A DNA stretch of 64,000 nt from Eledone cirrhosa (taxonomy: Eukaryota): the NCBI GenBank assembly GCA_964016885.1, contig OZ024761.1, positions 8,928,001 through 8,992,000 on the forward strand, written 5' to 3'. Position 1 is the first letter of the stretch; every line of letters begins with the position of its first letter. Made by a program: the position numbers and the translations under genes. Below the pieces are notes generated by a model. The model was given only the letters and a program-made list of their open reading frames with translations, ran no database searches and was not told where the DNA came from. Positions 26,313 to 37,463 of the stretch are shown in pieces.

Positions 26313-26716
26313 ATATAAGATCAAAAGATGGTTAAAGGAGTTCAATATATTTTATTATGCGCATTTCAAAAACAAACATCATCATGCAATAATATTTGTG
26401 TTTTCATCAGATAAAATAGGAGAACATGATATGAAGGCTAAAAAGCACTTGTGGATAGTGCAGTTTTAAATCAACATATGAAAAGTGGTTTTAGATTGAT
26501 GTGTGATATTGGGAAAATATCACACATCAATCTAAAACCACTTTTCATATGTTGATTTAAAACTGCACTATCCACAAGTGCTTTTTAGCCTTCATATCAT
26601 GTTCTCCTATTTTATCTGATGAAAACACAAATATTATTGCATGATGATGTTTGTTTTTGAAATGCGCATAATAAAATATATTGAACTCCTTTAACCATCT
26701 TTTGATCTTATATTAT
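26310..26716. repeat. Perfect foldback palindrome, 201-bp arms, 5-nt loop
   Basis: 26310-26510 is the reverse complement of 26516-26716; loop GGGAA. Confidence 0.95.
26608..26678 (+). ncRNA. Type I hammerhead ribozyme motif (mirror copy on minus strand at 26348-26418)
   Basis: Stem I TATTTTAT/ATAAAATA (8 bp), CTGATGA at 26616, 16-pair stem II with one mismatch, GAAA at 26659, palindromic stem III ATGCGCAT, cleavage after A26670. Confidence 0.8.
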
Positions 26717-26983
26717 GCATACTCCAGTCCCACAAACTGTAGAGTGCTTCTTATCCGATATCTGCATTGCTTTATTGTACTACAATAAAACTCACCTCCT
26801 ACATTATATATATATATATATATATATATCATCATCATCATCATCATCAACGTTTAACGTCCGTGTTCCACGCTTGCATGGGTTTGGACGGGGGTAGTCC
26901 CACTTGAGGCGAGAGTGATTGTCTTGCTCGCATAGGACTGTCTGGCAGGTTTTCTACAGTTGGATGCCCTTCCTAACACCAAC

Positions 26984-27032
<49 letters not shown>

Positions 27033-27034
<2 letters not shown>

Positions 27035-27367
27035 AGGCACATGGCTTAGTGGTTAGAGCATTGGAGCATTGGCCTTGCAATCGAAAGGTTGTGAGTTCAA
27101 TTCTCAGACCGGGTGATGTGTTGTTTCCTTGAGCAAGACACTTTATTTCACATTGCTCCAGTTTACTCAGCTGTAGAAATGAGATGATAGGGACTGGGGT
27201 CCATATCATTCCACTGCAAAGTGGTCGTGGAGGTGCCACGGCAAAAAAGCACCCAGCACTCACTGTAAATGAGGTTGGTGTTAGGAAGGGCATCCAGCTG
27301 TAGAAATCAAGCCAGAATCAGTTCCCATCCCACCCTTGCAAGTAGGGAAAAGCGGACGTAAAATGAA
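27033..27367 (+). mobile_element. tRNA-derived SINE (family A) starting at a (TA)n tract
   Basis: Matches 24852-25172. Confidence 0.85.
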
Positions 27368-27442
27368 AATATATATATATGTATATAATAAATAAGAGAG
27401 ATGTTTTTATTCATACATCTTCATTTTATTATAAATATATAT

Positions 27443-27824
27443 AGAGAAGTGTGTACGTAATGATAACGGTGTACTTGCCCTCACTGATACTGATAAGAAG
27501 ATAGCCTGGTTGTGTCACTACGAGAGACTATTAAATGAAGAGAATAAGTGGGAAAAAGATAGTCTGCCCCAAATCGATCCAATAGAAGGACCAGCGGTGC
27601 AAGTTAAAGGTAGTATAATAAGTAAGGCAATCAAAGATATGAAGACAGGCAGGGCAGCTGGGCCTTCGGAGATAGTTGCTGAGATGTTGAAGGCATTTGG
27701 AATGGTGGGACATACTATGGTCACCCGTATAGTTAACCAAGTAATACAGAATGGGGTCATACCAAAAGACTGGCGTAGCAGCATCATCATTAACTGCTAT
27801 AAGCGTAAAAGAGATGTTCTAGAT
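27443..27824 (+). mobile_element. RTE LINE internal ORF fragment
   Basis: HYERLLNEEN..KAIKDMKTGRAAGPSEIVAEMLK..IPKDWRSSIIINCYK, the typical pre-RT region of non-LTR elements. Confidence 0.85.
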
Positions 27825-28932
27825 CACAGGTTCTCAACCCATTTAGGCCCTCGAAATCACGAAATGCCCCTCTACCCTATTTTTCCATTTTTCAATATAC
27901 TACTGATTTTGATATCTGTAGATTACTAAAAAATTGATTAACAATACTCCAAAGATACCATTGCAGGCAGCTGAGAGTATAAATACATTCCTTGAAAAGA
28001 AATATATAAATTTCAAAAAAAGGAACATAAATGTTTTTTTTTATGAATAAGGACCAGTTGAATTTGTTATATTCTCACCAGGCGATACCAGCTATTTTGA
28101 ACATTTATACAAGAGCAACTCTATCCAAAGAGTGCTCTTATCTGGAAGAAAGTGGCAATTATATCATTTCAAAGCTTTCCAATTTTCCCTTTAATGAAAC
28201 AGACAGAATAAATGTTGATATCTAACTTGATGTCCCCTCTGCTTTGTGAGCTTAGAGACCACGGAAGAGGGTTTTCATGACCACGCGGGAGGGTATATTT
28301 ATTAGTAAATGGTAAAATATATACAACAAATGAGTAAGTGAATTGTAGTAGATGGTTTCCAGTCCAGTCAGACTGCAACTACAAATAAAAAAAATTGTTA
28401 GTTTGCTTTGTAAAAATAGCATATCTAAGTTTTCGGATAAATCAACTTATTTTAACTTTGACCTCATTTCAATGGGACCCTTGAACTTCATGGAGTCTAG
28501 CTAACTCTTTGACGCCAGGCTGGATTTTCGTAAGATATAGCCGGAGATCTCCACATGTAATTACATTGTAGCAGTTGCGAGCCTTACTGTGCAGTCTGGA
28601 AACAGCATCAAACCTCCTCTTGACTAAGTATGAGCTTGGAAAAGGCTTAGCCTCTGCATGTAGGTGTGGAAATCGACGCTGAATTTCCTCTTGCATCCAA
28701 AAAAGGGGTTCACCTATTTTGGGAAATCTAATTTTGATCATGTCATTTGTTTGAAGTTCAATGAATTCTTCCTGAAATATAACGTCCAAATCATCGACGT
28801 TAGCTATGAAGGGATCTGCTACCCACATTGGGATGTCCATCGGCAAAAGGTCAACAAACCGTTCTCTCATGTTGTCTTGTAGTGCATGGAAGTGAGTGGT
28901 ATAAATTTGGAATTGGTCATCGCTTACAATAT
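27825..28932 (-). mobile_element. hAT (Buster/Charlie-like) transposon 3' part with transposase C-terminus
   Basis: Terminus CACAGGTTCTCAACCCATTTAGGCC after the target TTCTAGAT. ORF ending at 28469: WVADPF..EEFIELQ..FPSSYLV..GDLRLYLTKIQP..QGSH. Confidence 0.85.
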
Positions 28933-29098
28933 AACTCCCAGAACAACAGGTGGCTCGCTGTCTCATCCAAAGACGTGCCCAGAGTCATGCAGACAAAGTT
29001 TCCAGCGACAACATTGGTCTTAGGTGTCGTCAGCAGTCAAGGTGACGTAATGCCACCTCACGACAGTAATCTTGCGAACAAATATCGTCCGCACCCTG
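28933..29098 (+). mobile_element. Internally deleted right end of the DD37D maT element
   Basis: Matches ~15540-15669, then jumps to the right TIR (..ATATCGTCCGCACCCTG|TA). Confidence 0.9.
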
Positions 29099-29245
29099 TA
29101 TAAATAAATATATAGATATATATAGATATAGATATATATATATAGATATAGAGAGATATATATATGTACATACACACATATGTACATGAAAATAAACCCT
29201 AATCTTAAATTTTATATTAACTGCGAACTTCTCATTTGTTGTCAG

Positions 29246-29374
29246 AAATTGATCTCAACAAAGTCTCAACATATTCCGCATATTGGGAACAAACCCGTAA
29301 CCTGTACAGTCCATTTGAATGTTGTGTAACGATGAAAAGTGGAAATTCAGATATTTACAGAAATGAGATTCCTG
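29246..29374 (+). CDS. PC: Pyruvate carboxylase exon
   Basis: gtcag/gtaag. EIDLNKVSTYSAYWEQTRNLYSPFECCVTMKSGNSDIYRNEIPG. Confidence 0.96.
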
Positions 29375-29384
29375 GTAAGTTTAA

Positions 29385-30692
29385 CCCTTTAGCAATTATA
29401 TTATTCTATATATACTATTGTATTTTCACAGTAAAGGCTTTACCTTACATAATATCTCACATAACATTTACATTACTCTATATATACTATTGTATTTTCA
29501 CAGTAAAGGCTTTACCTCACATAATATCTCACATAACATTTACATTACTCTATATATACTATTGTATTTTCACAGTAAAGGCTTTACCTTACATAATATC
29601 TCACATAACATTTACATTACTCTATATATACTATTGTATTTTCACAGTAAAGGCTTTACCTCACATAATATCTCACATAACATTTACATTACTCTATATA
29701 TACTACTGTATTTTCATGGTAAAGGCTTTACCTTACATAATATCTCACATAACATTTACATTACTCTATATATACTATTGTATTTTCACGGTAAAGGCTT
29801 TACCCCACATAATACCTCACATAACATTTACATTACTCTATATATACTATTGTATTTTCACGGTAAAGGCTTTACCTTACATATCTCACATAACATTTAC
29901 ATTACTCTATATATACTATTGTATTTTCACGGTAAAGGCTTTACCTCACATAATATCTCACATAACATTTACATTACTCTATATATACTACTGTATTGTC
30001 ACAGTAAAGGCTTTACCTCACATAATATCTCACATAACATTTACATTACTCTATATATACTATTGTATTTTCACAGTAAAGGCTTTACCTCACATAATAT
30101 CTCACATAACATTTACATTACTCTATATATACTATTGTATTTTCACAGTAAAGGCTTTACCTCACATAATATCTCACATAACATTTACATTACTCTATAT
30201 ATACTATTGTATTTTCACAGTAAAGGCTTTACCTTACATAATATCTCACATAACATTTACATTACTCTATATATACTATTGTATTTTCACAGTAAAGGCT
30301 TTACCTCACATAGTATCTCACATAACATTTACATTACTCTATATATACTATTGTATTGTCACAGTTATCTCACATAATATCAAATCTATGAGATTTTGAT
30401 ATTATTTAGGGCAGTGGATTGGCAGTATCGGTAGAGGGTCGGACGCCATGCTTTGCTGCATAGAGTTACGGTCCTTTACGGTCTGAGTTCAAATCCCGCC
30501 CATGTTAACTTTGCTTTAATCGACTTTCCCACCCCCACCCCCCAAATTACTGGCCTTGTGCCTATACTAGAAATCATTACTTATTTTGAGAACAATACCT
30601 TAACATCAGTATGAGGAGCGGGTTACAACTGGTTTGAACAGAAAGAGGTGAGGAAATTCTGGCTGGATATGGCCAGTTTAAATGCTAAAGGG
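29385..30692. mobile_element. TTAA-flanked MITE with ~14 x 72-bp array and an inserted SINE (~30408-30580)
   Basis: TTAA|CCCTTTAGCA ... TGCTAAAGGG|TTAA; opposite orientation to the copies at 18345 and 35829. Confidence 0.88.
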
Positions 30693-30730
30693 TTAAAATA
30701 TTTTATATATTGATCTACCTATCTTTTCAG

Positions 30731-30846
30731 GGGGCCAATATACCAATTTACAATTCCAAGCTTTCAGCCTTGGACTGGCTGACCAATTTGAAGAGGTGAA
30801 GAAGAAATATGTAGAAGCTAACAAGTTACTAGGAGACTTGCCTAAG
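30731..30846 (+). CDS. PC: Pyruvate carboxylase exon
   Basis: ttttcag/gtagg. [38 protein letters not shown]. Confidence 0.96.
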
Positions 30847-30987
30847 GTAGGAAGAATTTACTTTATATCTGTGACTACATCGAGAAAATGTCTTGCTTTT
30901 TGTGTGTGTGACAGCTCGCACCTATGCAGGTTTAGCTGGCCTCCTCCAAGGTATATCTCATTGGAGGTGTCTTGGGTGATTTAATGA

Positions 30988-31153
30988 TAGGGACCGCAGT
31001 CCCTATCATCTCATTTCTACAGCTGAGTAAAACTGGGGCAACGTGAAATAAAGTGTCTTGCTCAAGGAAACAACACATCACCCAGTCTGAGAATTGAACT
31101 CACAACCTTTCGATTGCAAGCCCAATGCTCTAACCATTAAGCCATGCGCCTTC
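30988..31153 (-). mobile_element. SINE family A 5' part
   Basis: Reverse complement of the tRNA-like head and core seen at 24852. Confidence 0.75.
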
Positions 31154-31419
31154 ATGTCTTACTTTTTAAGTTGGGTTGAATGTGTCTGAAGCGAATCGAG
31201 AAGTTAGCAAGTGTTGTTAGAGGTGAAATAACCTGACAAAATAAATGGCTTCGTTTAAATATAAAATTTACTTCACTTCTGTTAATAAAGGAACAAAGAA
31301 TAGGATTACTGCAAATCATAAAAATTGATGTTTTGCTGTTATTTCGTTGTTGAAATAGAGAGGGGCAAGATGTCGTTAGTCGTAGCAGCCAGGTAGTAGT
31401 TAAAACTGAGTGACAAGAG

Positions 31420-31858
31420 AAGGTGAGAGTGTGTAAGACCTGGAGAGAGAGAGAGAGAGAGAGAGAGTAATAGTGTGTAAGACCTGGAGAGAGAGAGGGA
31501 GAGAGAGTAATAGTGTGTAAGACCTGGAGAGAGAGTAATAGTGTATAACCTGGAGAGAAAGAGAGAGAGAGAGTAATAGTGTGTAAGACCTAGAGAGAGA
31601 GAGAGAGAGGGAGAGAGAGTAATAGTGTGTAAGACCTGGAGAGAAAGAGAGAGACAGAGAGAGAGAGTAATTGTGTGTAAGACCTGGAGAGAGAGAGAGA
31701 GAGTAATAGCTGTAGGACCTGGGGAGAGAGAGAGAGTAATAGCTGTAGGACCTGGGGAGAGAGTGGGAGAAAGAGTAATAGTGTGTAAGACCTGGAGAGA
31801 GAGAGAGAGAGTAATAGTCTGTAGGACCTGGGGAGAGAGAGAGAGAGTCTGTAGACCC
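31420..31858. repeat. GA-rich compound minisatellite
   Basis: GTAATAGTGTGTAAGACCTG+(GA)n units. Confidence 0.9.
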
Positions 31859-31959
31859 CAAGGGGTCTGTAGAAAGGAACTGCTTGGAACTGCCCTTTGT
31901 TTGGTCTAAGACAAGCTATTTATATTTGTCTTTCTCCTCTGTCCCCTGCCTCCAGAAAT

Positions 31960-33460
31960 CGCCCACCCATAGACTTGTTTACGCCCACCCATAGACTTGT
32001 TTACGCCCACAGATAGACTTGTTTACGCCCACACATAGACTTGTTTACGCCCACACATAGACTTGTTTACGCCCACACATAGACTTGTTTACGCCCACCC
32101 ATAGACTTGTTTTCGCCCACACATAGACTTGTTTACGCCCACCCATAGACTTGTTTACGCCCACCCATAGACTTGTTTACGCCCACACATAGACTTGTTT
32201 ACGCCCACACATAGACTTGTTTACGCCCACACATAGACTTGTTTACGCCCACCCATAGACTTGTTTACGCCCACCCATAGACTTGTTTACGCCCACACAT
32301 AGACTTGTTTACGCCCACCCATAGACTTGTTTACGCCCACACATAGACTTGTTTACGCCCACACATAGACTTGTTTACGCCCACCCATAGACTTGTTTAC
32401 GCCCACCCATAGACTTGTTTACGCCCACCCATAAACTTGTTTACGCCCACCCATAGACTTGTTTACGCCCACACATAGACTTGTTTACGCCCACACATAG
32501 ACTTGTTTACGCCCACACATAGACTTGTTTACGCCCACCCATAGACTTGTTTTCGCCCACACATAGACTTGTTTACGCCCACACATAGACTTGTTTACGC
32601 CCACACATAGACTTGTTTACGCCCACCCATAGACTTGTTTTCGCCCACACATAGACTTGTTTACGCCCACACATAGACTTGTTTACGCCCACCCATAGAC
32701 TTGTTTTCGCCCACACATAGACTTGTTTACGCCCACCCATAGACTTGTTTTCGCCCACACATAGACTTGTTTACGCCCACACATAGACTTGTTTACGCCC
32801 ACCCATAGACTTGTTTACGCCCACCCATAGACTTGTTTACGCCCACCCATAGACTTGTTTACGCCCACCCATAGACTTGTTTACGCCCACCCATAGACTT
32901 GTTTACGCCCACCCATAGACTTGTTTTCGCCCACACAGACTTGTTTACGCCCACCCATAGACTTGTTTTCGCCCACACATAGACTTGTTTACGCCCACAC
33001 ATAGACTTGTTTACGCCCACCCATAGACTTGTTTACGCCCACCCATAGACTTGTTTACGCCCACCCATAGACTTGTTTACGCCCACCCATAGACTTGTTT
33101 ACGCCCACCCATAGACTTGTTTTCGCCCACACAGACTTGTTTACGCCCACCCATAGACTTGTTTTCGCCCACACATAGACTTGTTTACGCCCACACATAG
33201 ACTTGTTTACGCCCACCCATAGACTTGTTTACGCCCACCCATAGACTTGTTTACGCCCACACATAGACTTGTTTACGCCCACCCATAGACTTGTTTACGC
33301 CCACACATAGACTTGTTTACGCCCACACATAGACTTGTTTACGCCCACACATAGACTTGTTTATGCCCACCCATAGACTTGTTTACGCCCACCCATAGAC
33401 TTGTTTACGCCCACCCATAAACTTGTTTACGCCCACACAGACTTGTTTACGCCCACACAT
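31960..33460. repeat. 22-bp minisatellite (~68 units)
   Basis: CGCCCAC(C/A)CATAGACTTGTTT(A/T) tandem units. Confidence 0.97.
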
Positions 33461-33616
33461 AGGGAGGTAACCCAGAACTTGACCGTTAAGTGTCAAAAGG
33501 GAGGTAACGCCAAAAGGGAGGTAACCCAGAACTTGACCGTTAAGTGTCACCCAGGGGTGAAGGTGTGGGACAGATTTCGCTACATGTCCTCTGCAGCACA
33601 GTATCTCTCCAGTTGC

Positions 33617-35117
33617 CTGGGTGTGTCGCTGTGTGTGTTTGGCTGTGTGTGTATGTGTGTGTGTGTGTATGTGGCTGTATGTGTGTGTCTGTAGGTGGGT
33701 GTGTCGCTGTGTGTGTTTGGCTGTGTGTGTATGTGTATGTGGCTGTATATGTGTGTCTGTAGGTGTGTGTGTATCTGTCTGTATGTGTGTATGTGGCTGT
33801 ATGTGTGTGTCTGTAGGTGGGTGTGTCGCTGTGTGTGTTTGGCTGTATGTGTCTGTGTGTGTCTATGTGGCTGTATGTGTGTGTCTGTAGGTGGGTGTGT
33901 CGCTGTGTGTGTTTGGCTGTAGGTGGGTGTCTGTAGGTGAGTGTGTCGCTGTGTGTGTTTGGCTGTATGTGTCTGTGTCTGTGTGTGTGTGTATGTGGCT
34001 GTATGTGTGTGTCTGTAGGTGGGTGTGTTTGGCTGTGTGTGTCTATGTGGCTGTATGTGTGTGTCTGTAGGTGGGTGTGTTGCTGTGTGTGTTTGGCTGT
34101 GTGTGTATGTGTCTGTGTGTGTGTATGTGGCTGTATGTGTGTGTCTGTAGGTGGGTGTGTCGCTGTTTGGCTGTGTGTGTATGTGTCTGTGTGTGTATGT
34201 GGCTGTATGTGTGTGTCTGTAGGTGGGTGTGTCGCTGTTTGGCTGTGTGTGTATGTGTCTGTGTGTGTATATGTGGCTGTATGTGTGTGTCTGTAGGTGG
34301 GTGTGTCGCTGTGTGTGTTTGGCTGTGTGTGTATGTGTCTGTGTGTGTGTATGTGGCTGTATGTGTGTGTCTGTAGGTGGGTGTGTCGCTGTGTGTGTTT
34401 GGCTGTGTGTATGTGTCTGTGTGTGTGTATGTGGCTGTATGTGTGTGTCTGTAGGTGGGTGTGTTTGGCTGTGTGTGTATGTGTCTGTGTTTGTGTATGT
34501 GGCTGTATGTGTGTGTCTGTAGGTGGGTGTGTCGCTGTGTGTGTTTGACTGCGTGTGTATGTATGTGGCTGTATGTGTGTGTCTGTAGCTGTGTGTGTAT
34601 GTGTGTATGTGGCTGTATGTGTGTGTCTGTAGGTGGGTGTGTTGCTGTGTGTGTTTGGCTCTGTGTGTATGTGTCTGTGTGTGTGTGTATGTGGCTGTAT
34701 GTGTGTGTCTGTAGGTGGGTGTGTTTGGCTGTGTGTGTGTTTGTGTCTGTAGGTGGGTGTGTCGCTGTGTGTGTTTGGCTGTGTGTGTATGTGTCTGTGT
34801 GTATGTGGCTGTATGTGTGTGTCTGTAGGTGGGTGTGTCACTGTCTGTGTCTGTGTCTGTGTGTGTGTTTGTGTCTGTAGGTTGGTGTCACTGTGTGTGT
34901 TTGGCTGTGTGTATGTGTCTGTGTGTGTGTATGTGTCTGTATGTGTGTGTCTGTATGTGTGTATGGGTGTATGTGTCTGTGTGTGTGTCTGTAGGTGGGT
35001 GTGTCGCTGTGTGTGTGTATGTGTCTGTATGTGTGTGTCTGTATGTGAGTGTGGGTGTGTGTCTGTGTGTATGTGTGTGTGTGTGTATGTGTGCGTGTGT
35101 GTGTATGTGTGTTTGTC
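33617..35117. repeat. (TG)-rich compound repeat
   Basis: Recurring TGTGGCTGTATGTGTGTGTCTGTAGGTGGGTGTGTCGCTG blocks. Confidence 0.95.
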
Positions 35118-35533
35118 TCAGATTTTATCCTCTTTGTGTAATTATAAAGTCTGTATGAGTTTGAGTGTGGTGTTCAACATATTGTCACCACGCTACCAGC
35201 AAAGTTCTTTATTGTGGGCTGCCACATATTTCATTGAAGTTTATATCTTGTCACCTGACCCTTGCTGGTCATTTTTTTTACTGCCATGATGAAACTGCTT
35301 CTCTGGTCACCAGATGCAAAGCACTGAGTAGGACATCCAAAGATAACCACCAGGACTCGATTGACAAGGGACACTGGCCCTCACTTGCTTCACTGGATGA
35401 GATCTTGTTGCTGTGATGAGAAATCAGGGAGTTTGGAACAAGAAGATCTTTGTATATGCTTCACCCCTCCGATGGAGGGATGACTCAAGAAGAATAAGAA
35501 GAATGATGATGATGATGATGATGACGATAATTT

Positions 35534-35568
<35 letters not shown>

Positions 35569-35618
35569 TTTTCCTTTGTCTTTATCGTCTCCTTCTCCAA
35601 TCTACCCCCCTCGAACAG

Positions 35619-35798
35619 GTGACCCCTTCATCAAAAGTGGTGGGTGACATGGCACAGTTCATGGTACAAAATAAACTGACATCCGATGACATCCACGAGA
35701 GGGCTGAAGAACTGTCGTTCCCCGTATCAGTTGTGGAGTATTTCCAGGGACTTCTTGGAGAACCACCAGGTGGCTACCCTGAGCCCCTTAGAACAAAG
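35619..35798 (+). CDS. PC: Pyruvate carboxylase exon
   Basis: aacag/gtaag. [50 protein letters not shown], containing the catalytic Thr motif KVTPSSK. Confidence 0.97.
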
Positions 35799-35828
35799 GT
35801 AAGAGAACTTGACCAGGTTGTGTTTTAA

Positions 35829-36700
35829 CCCTTTAATGTTCAAACCGGCCAAAACCGGCCAGAATTCTCTACCTCTTTCTGTTGAAACTGGCTGTAACTG
35901 GTCACTTAAACTGATGTTAAGGTATTGTTCTCAAAATAAATACTTTCAAAATCTCATAAATATTATGTGAGGTAATTATGTAAGGTAAAGCCTTTACCAT
36001 GAAAATACAATAGTATATATAGAGTAATGTAAATATTATGTGAGATAATTATGTGAGGTAAAGCCTTTACCATGAAAATACAATAGTATATATAGAGTAA
36101 TGTAAATATTATGTGAGGTAATTATGTAAGGTAAAGCCTTTACCATGAAAATACAATAGTATATATAGAGTAATGTAAATATTATGTGAGGTAATTATGT
36201 AAGGTAAAGTCTTTACCATGAAAATACAATAGTATATATAGAGTAATGTAAATATTATGTGAGGTAATTATGTAAGGTAAAGTCTTTACCATGAAAATAC
36301 AATAGTATATATAGAGTAATGTAAATATTATGTGAGGTAATTATGTAAGGTAAAGTCTTTACCATGAAAATACAATAGTATATATAGAGTAATGTAAATA
36401 TTATGTGAGATATTTATGTGAGGTAAAGCCTTTACCATGAAAATACAATAGTATATATAGAGTAATGTAAATATTATGTGAGATATTTATGTGAGGTAAA
36501 GCCTTTACCATGAAAATACAATAGTATATATAGAGTAATGTAAATATTATGTGAGGTAATTATGTAAGGTAAAGCCTTTACCATGAAAATACAATAGTAT
36601 ATATAGAGTAATGTAAATATTATGTGAGGTAATTATGTAAGGTAAAGCCTTTACCATGAAAATACAATAGTATATGTAGAGTAATGTAAATGCTAAAGGG
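35829..36700. mobile_element. TTAA-flanked MITE with ~10 x 73-bp array
   Basis: TTAA|CCCTTTAA ... TGCTAAAGGG|TTAA. Confidence 0.88.
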
Positions 36701-36735
36701 TTAAATGATGTTCTGACAGCATAGTTGATGTCTTT

Positions 36736-36986
36736 GTGGTGGTGGTTGTGGTAGTGGTTACAGTAGTTGTGGTGGTTGTGGTAGTGGTTACAGTAGTTGT
36801 GGTGGTTGTGGTAGTGGTTACAGTAGTTGTGGTGGTTGTGGTAGTGGTTACAGTAGTTGTGGTGGTTGTGGTAGTGGTTACAGTAGTTGTGGTGGTTGTG
36901 GTAGTGGTTACAGTAGTTGTGGTGGTTGTGGTAGTGGTTACAGTAGTTGTGGTGGTTGTGGTAGTGGTTACAGTAGTTGTGGTGGT
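36736..36986. repeat. 30-bp perfect minisatellite
   Basis: GTAGTGGTTACAGTAGTTGTGGTGGTTGTG, about 8 units. Confidence 0.95.
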
Positions 36987-37159
36987 ATAGATGCACTCCA
37001 TCATCCACTTTTCTAAAAAAATAAATCATACACAAAACGCCAGCACCAACAGTTTTGCAAGAGATGTCAACATCAATGGACCTGTTATTTTTATCTAAAG
37101 ACATTTTTTTTCCAATTCCAACCCGCCCGTCCCCTCAATCTATCTTATTTCTCATTCTT

Positions 37160-37195
37160 TCTTCTGATGAAGGGCTAGCGTCTGAAACGTTAAGA
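37160..37195 (+). ncRNA. Minimal hammerhead motif (family shared with 25227 and 41190)
   Basis: TCTT CTGATGA AGGGCTAGCGTCT GAAACGTT AAGA; stem I TCTT/AAGA. Confidence 0.6.
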
Positions 37196-37343
37196 CCCTC
37201 TTCCTGTTATTTCAAGCGTTAACCTAATATATTCCTTCCATATACTGTACCGATTGTGTTGTTATTTCTGTTTACCTTTTACACACACACATATATATAT
37301 ATATATATATTCTCTATAAATACTAAATAGGTCCTCAGTAATA

Positions 37344-37463
37344 TTATTCTGATGAAATGACAGTAAATAATAACATTGAAATATTGAATGTCTGCATAAC
37401 TAAAAGTTTGTAGATAGCAACTGTTTTAGGTTATGTAACTGTTATAGAAACACGTGTCAATAA
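37344..37463 (+). ncRNA. Type I hammerhead ribozyme motif with long stem II
   Basis: Stem I TTATT/AATAA, CTGATGA at 37349, stem II base ATGACAGT/ACTGTTAT, GAAA at 37447, palindromic stem III ACACGTGT, canonical GUC ending at 37458. Confidence 0.75.

Noticed and set aside
29236-30399. 387-aa ORF fusing PC sequence to 24-aa repeats
   Set aside because: Runs past a canonical GTAAGT donor into the 72-bp MITE array; only 29246-29374 is exon.
33540-35289. Long His/Thr- or Cys/Val-rich ORFs
   Set aside because: (TG)/(CA) microsatellite translations.
35150-35500. Possible extra exon or ORF upstream of exon 35619
   Set aside because: Looks like a heavily decayed LINE 3' end (LAGH.. motif); the PC frame is complete without it.
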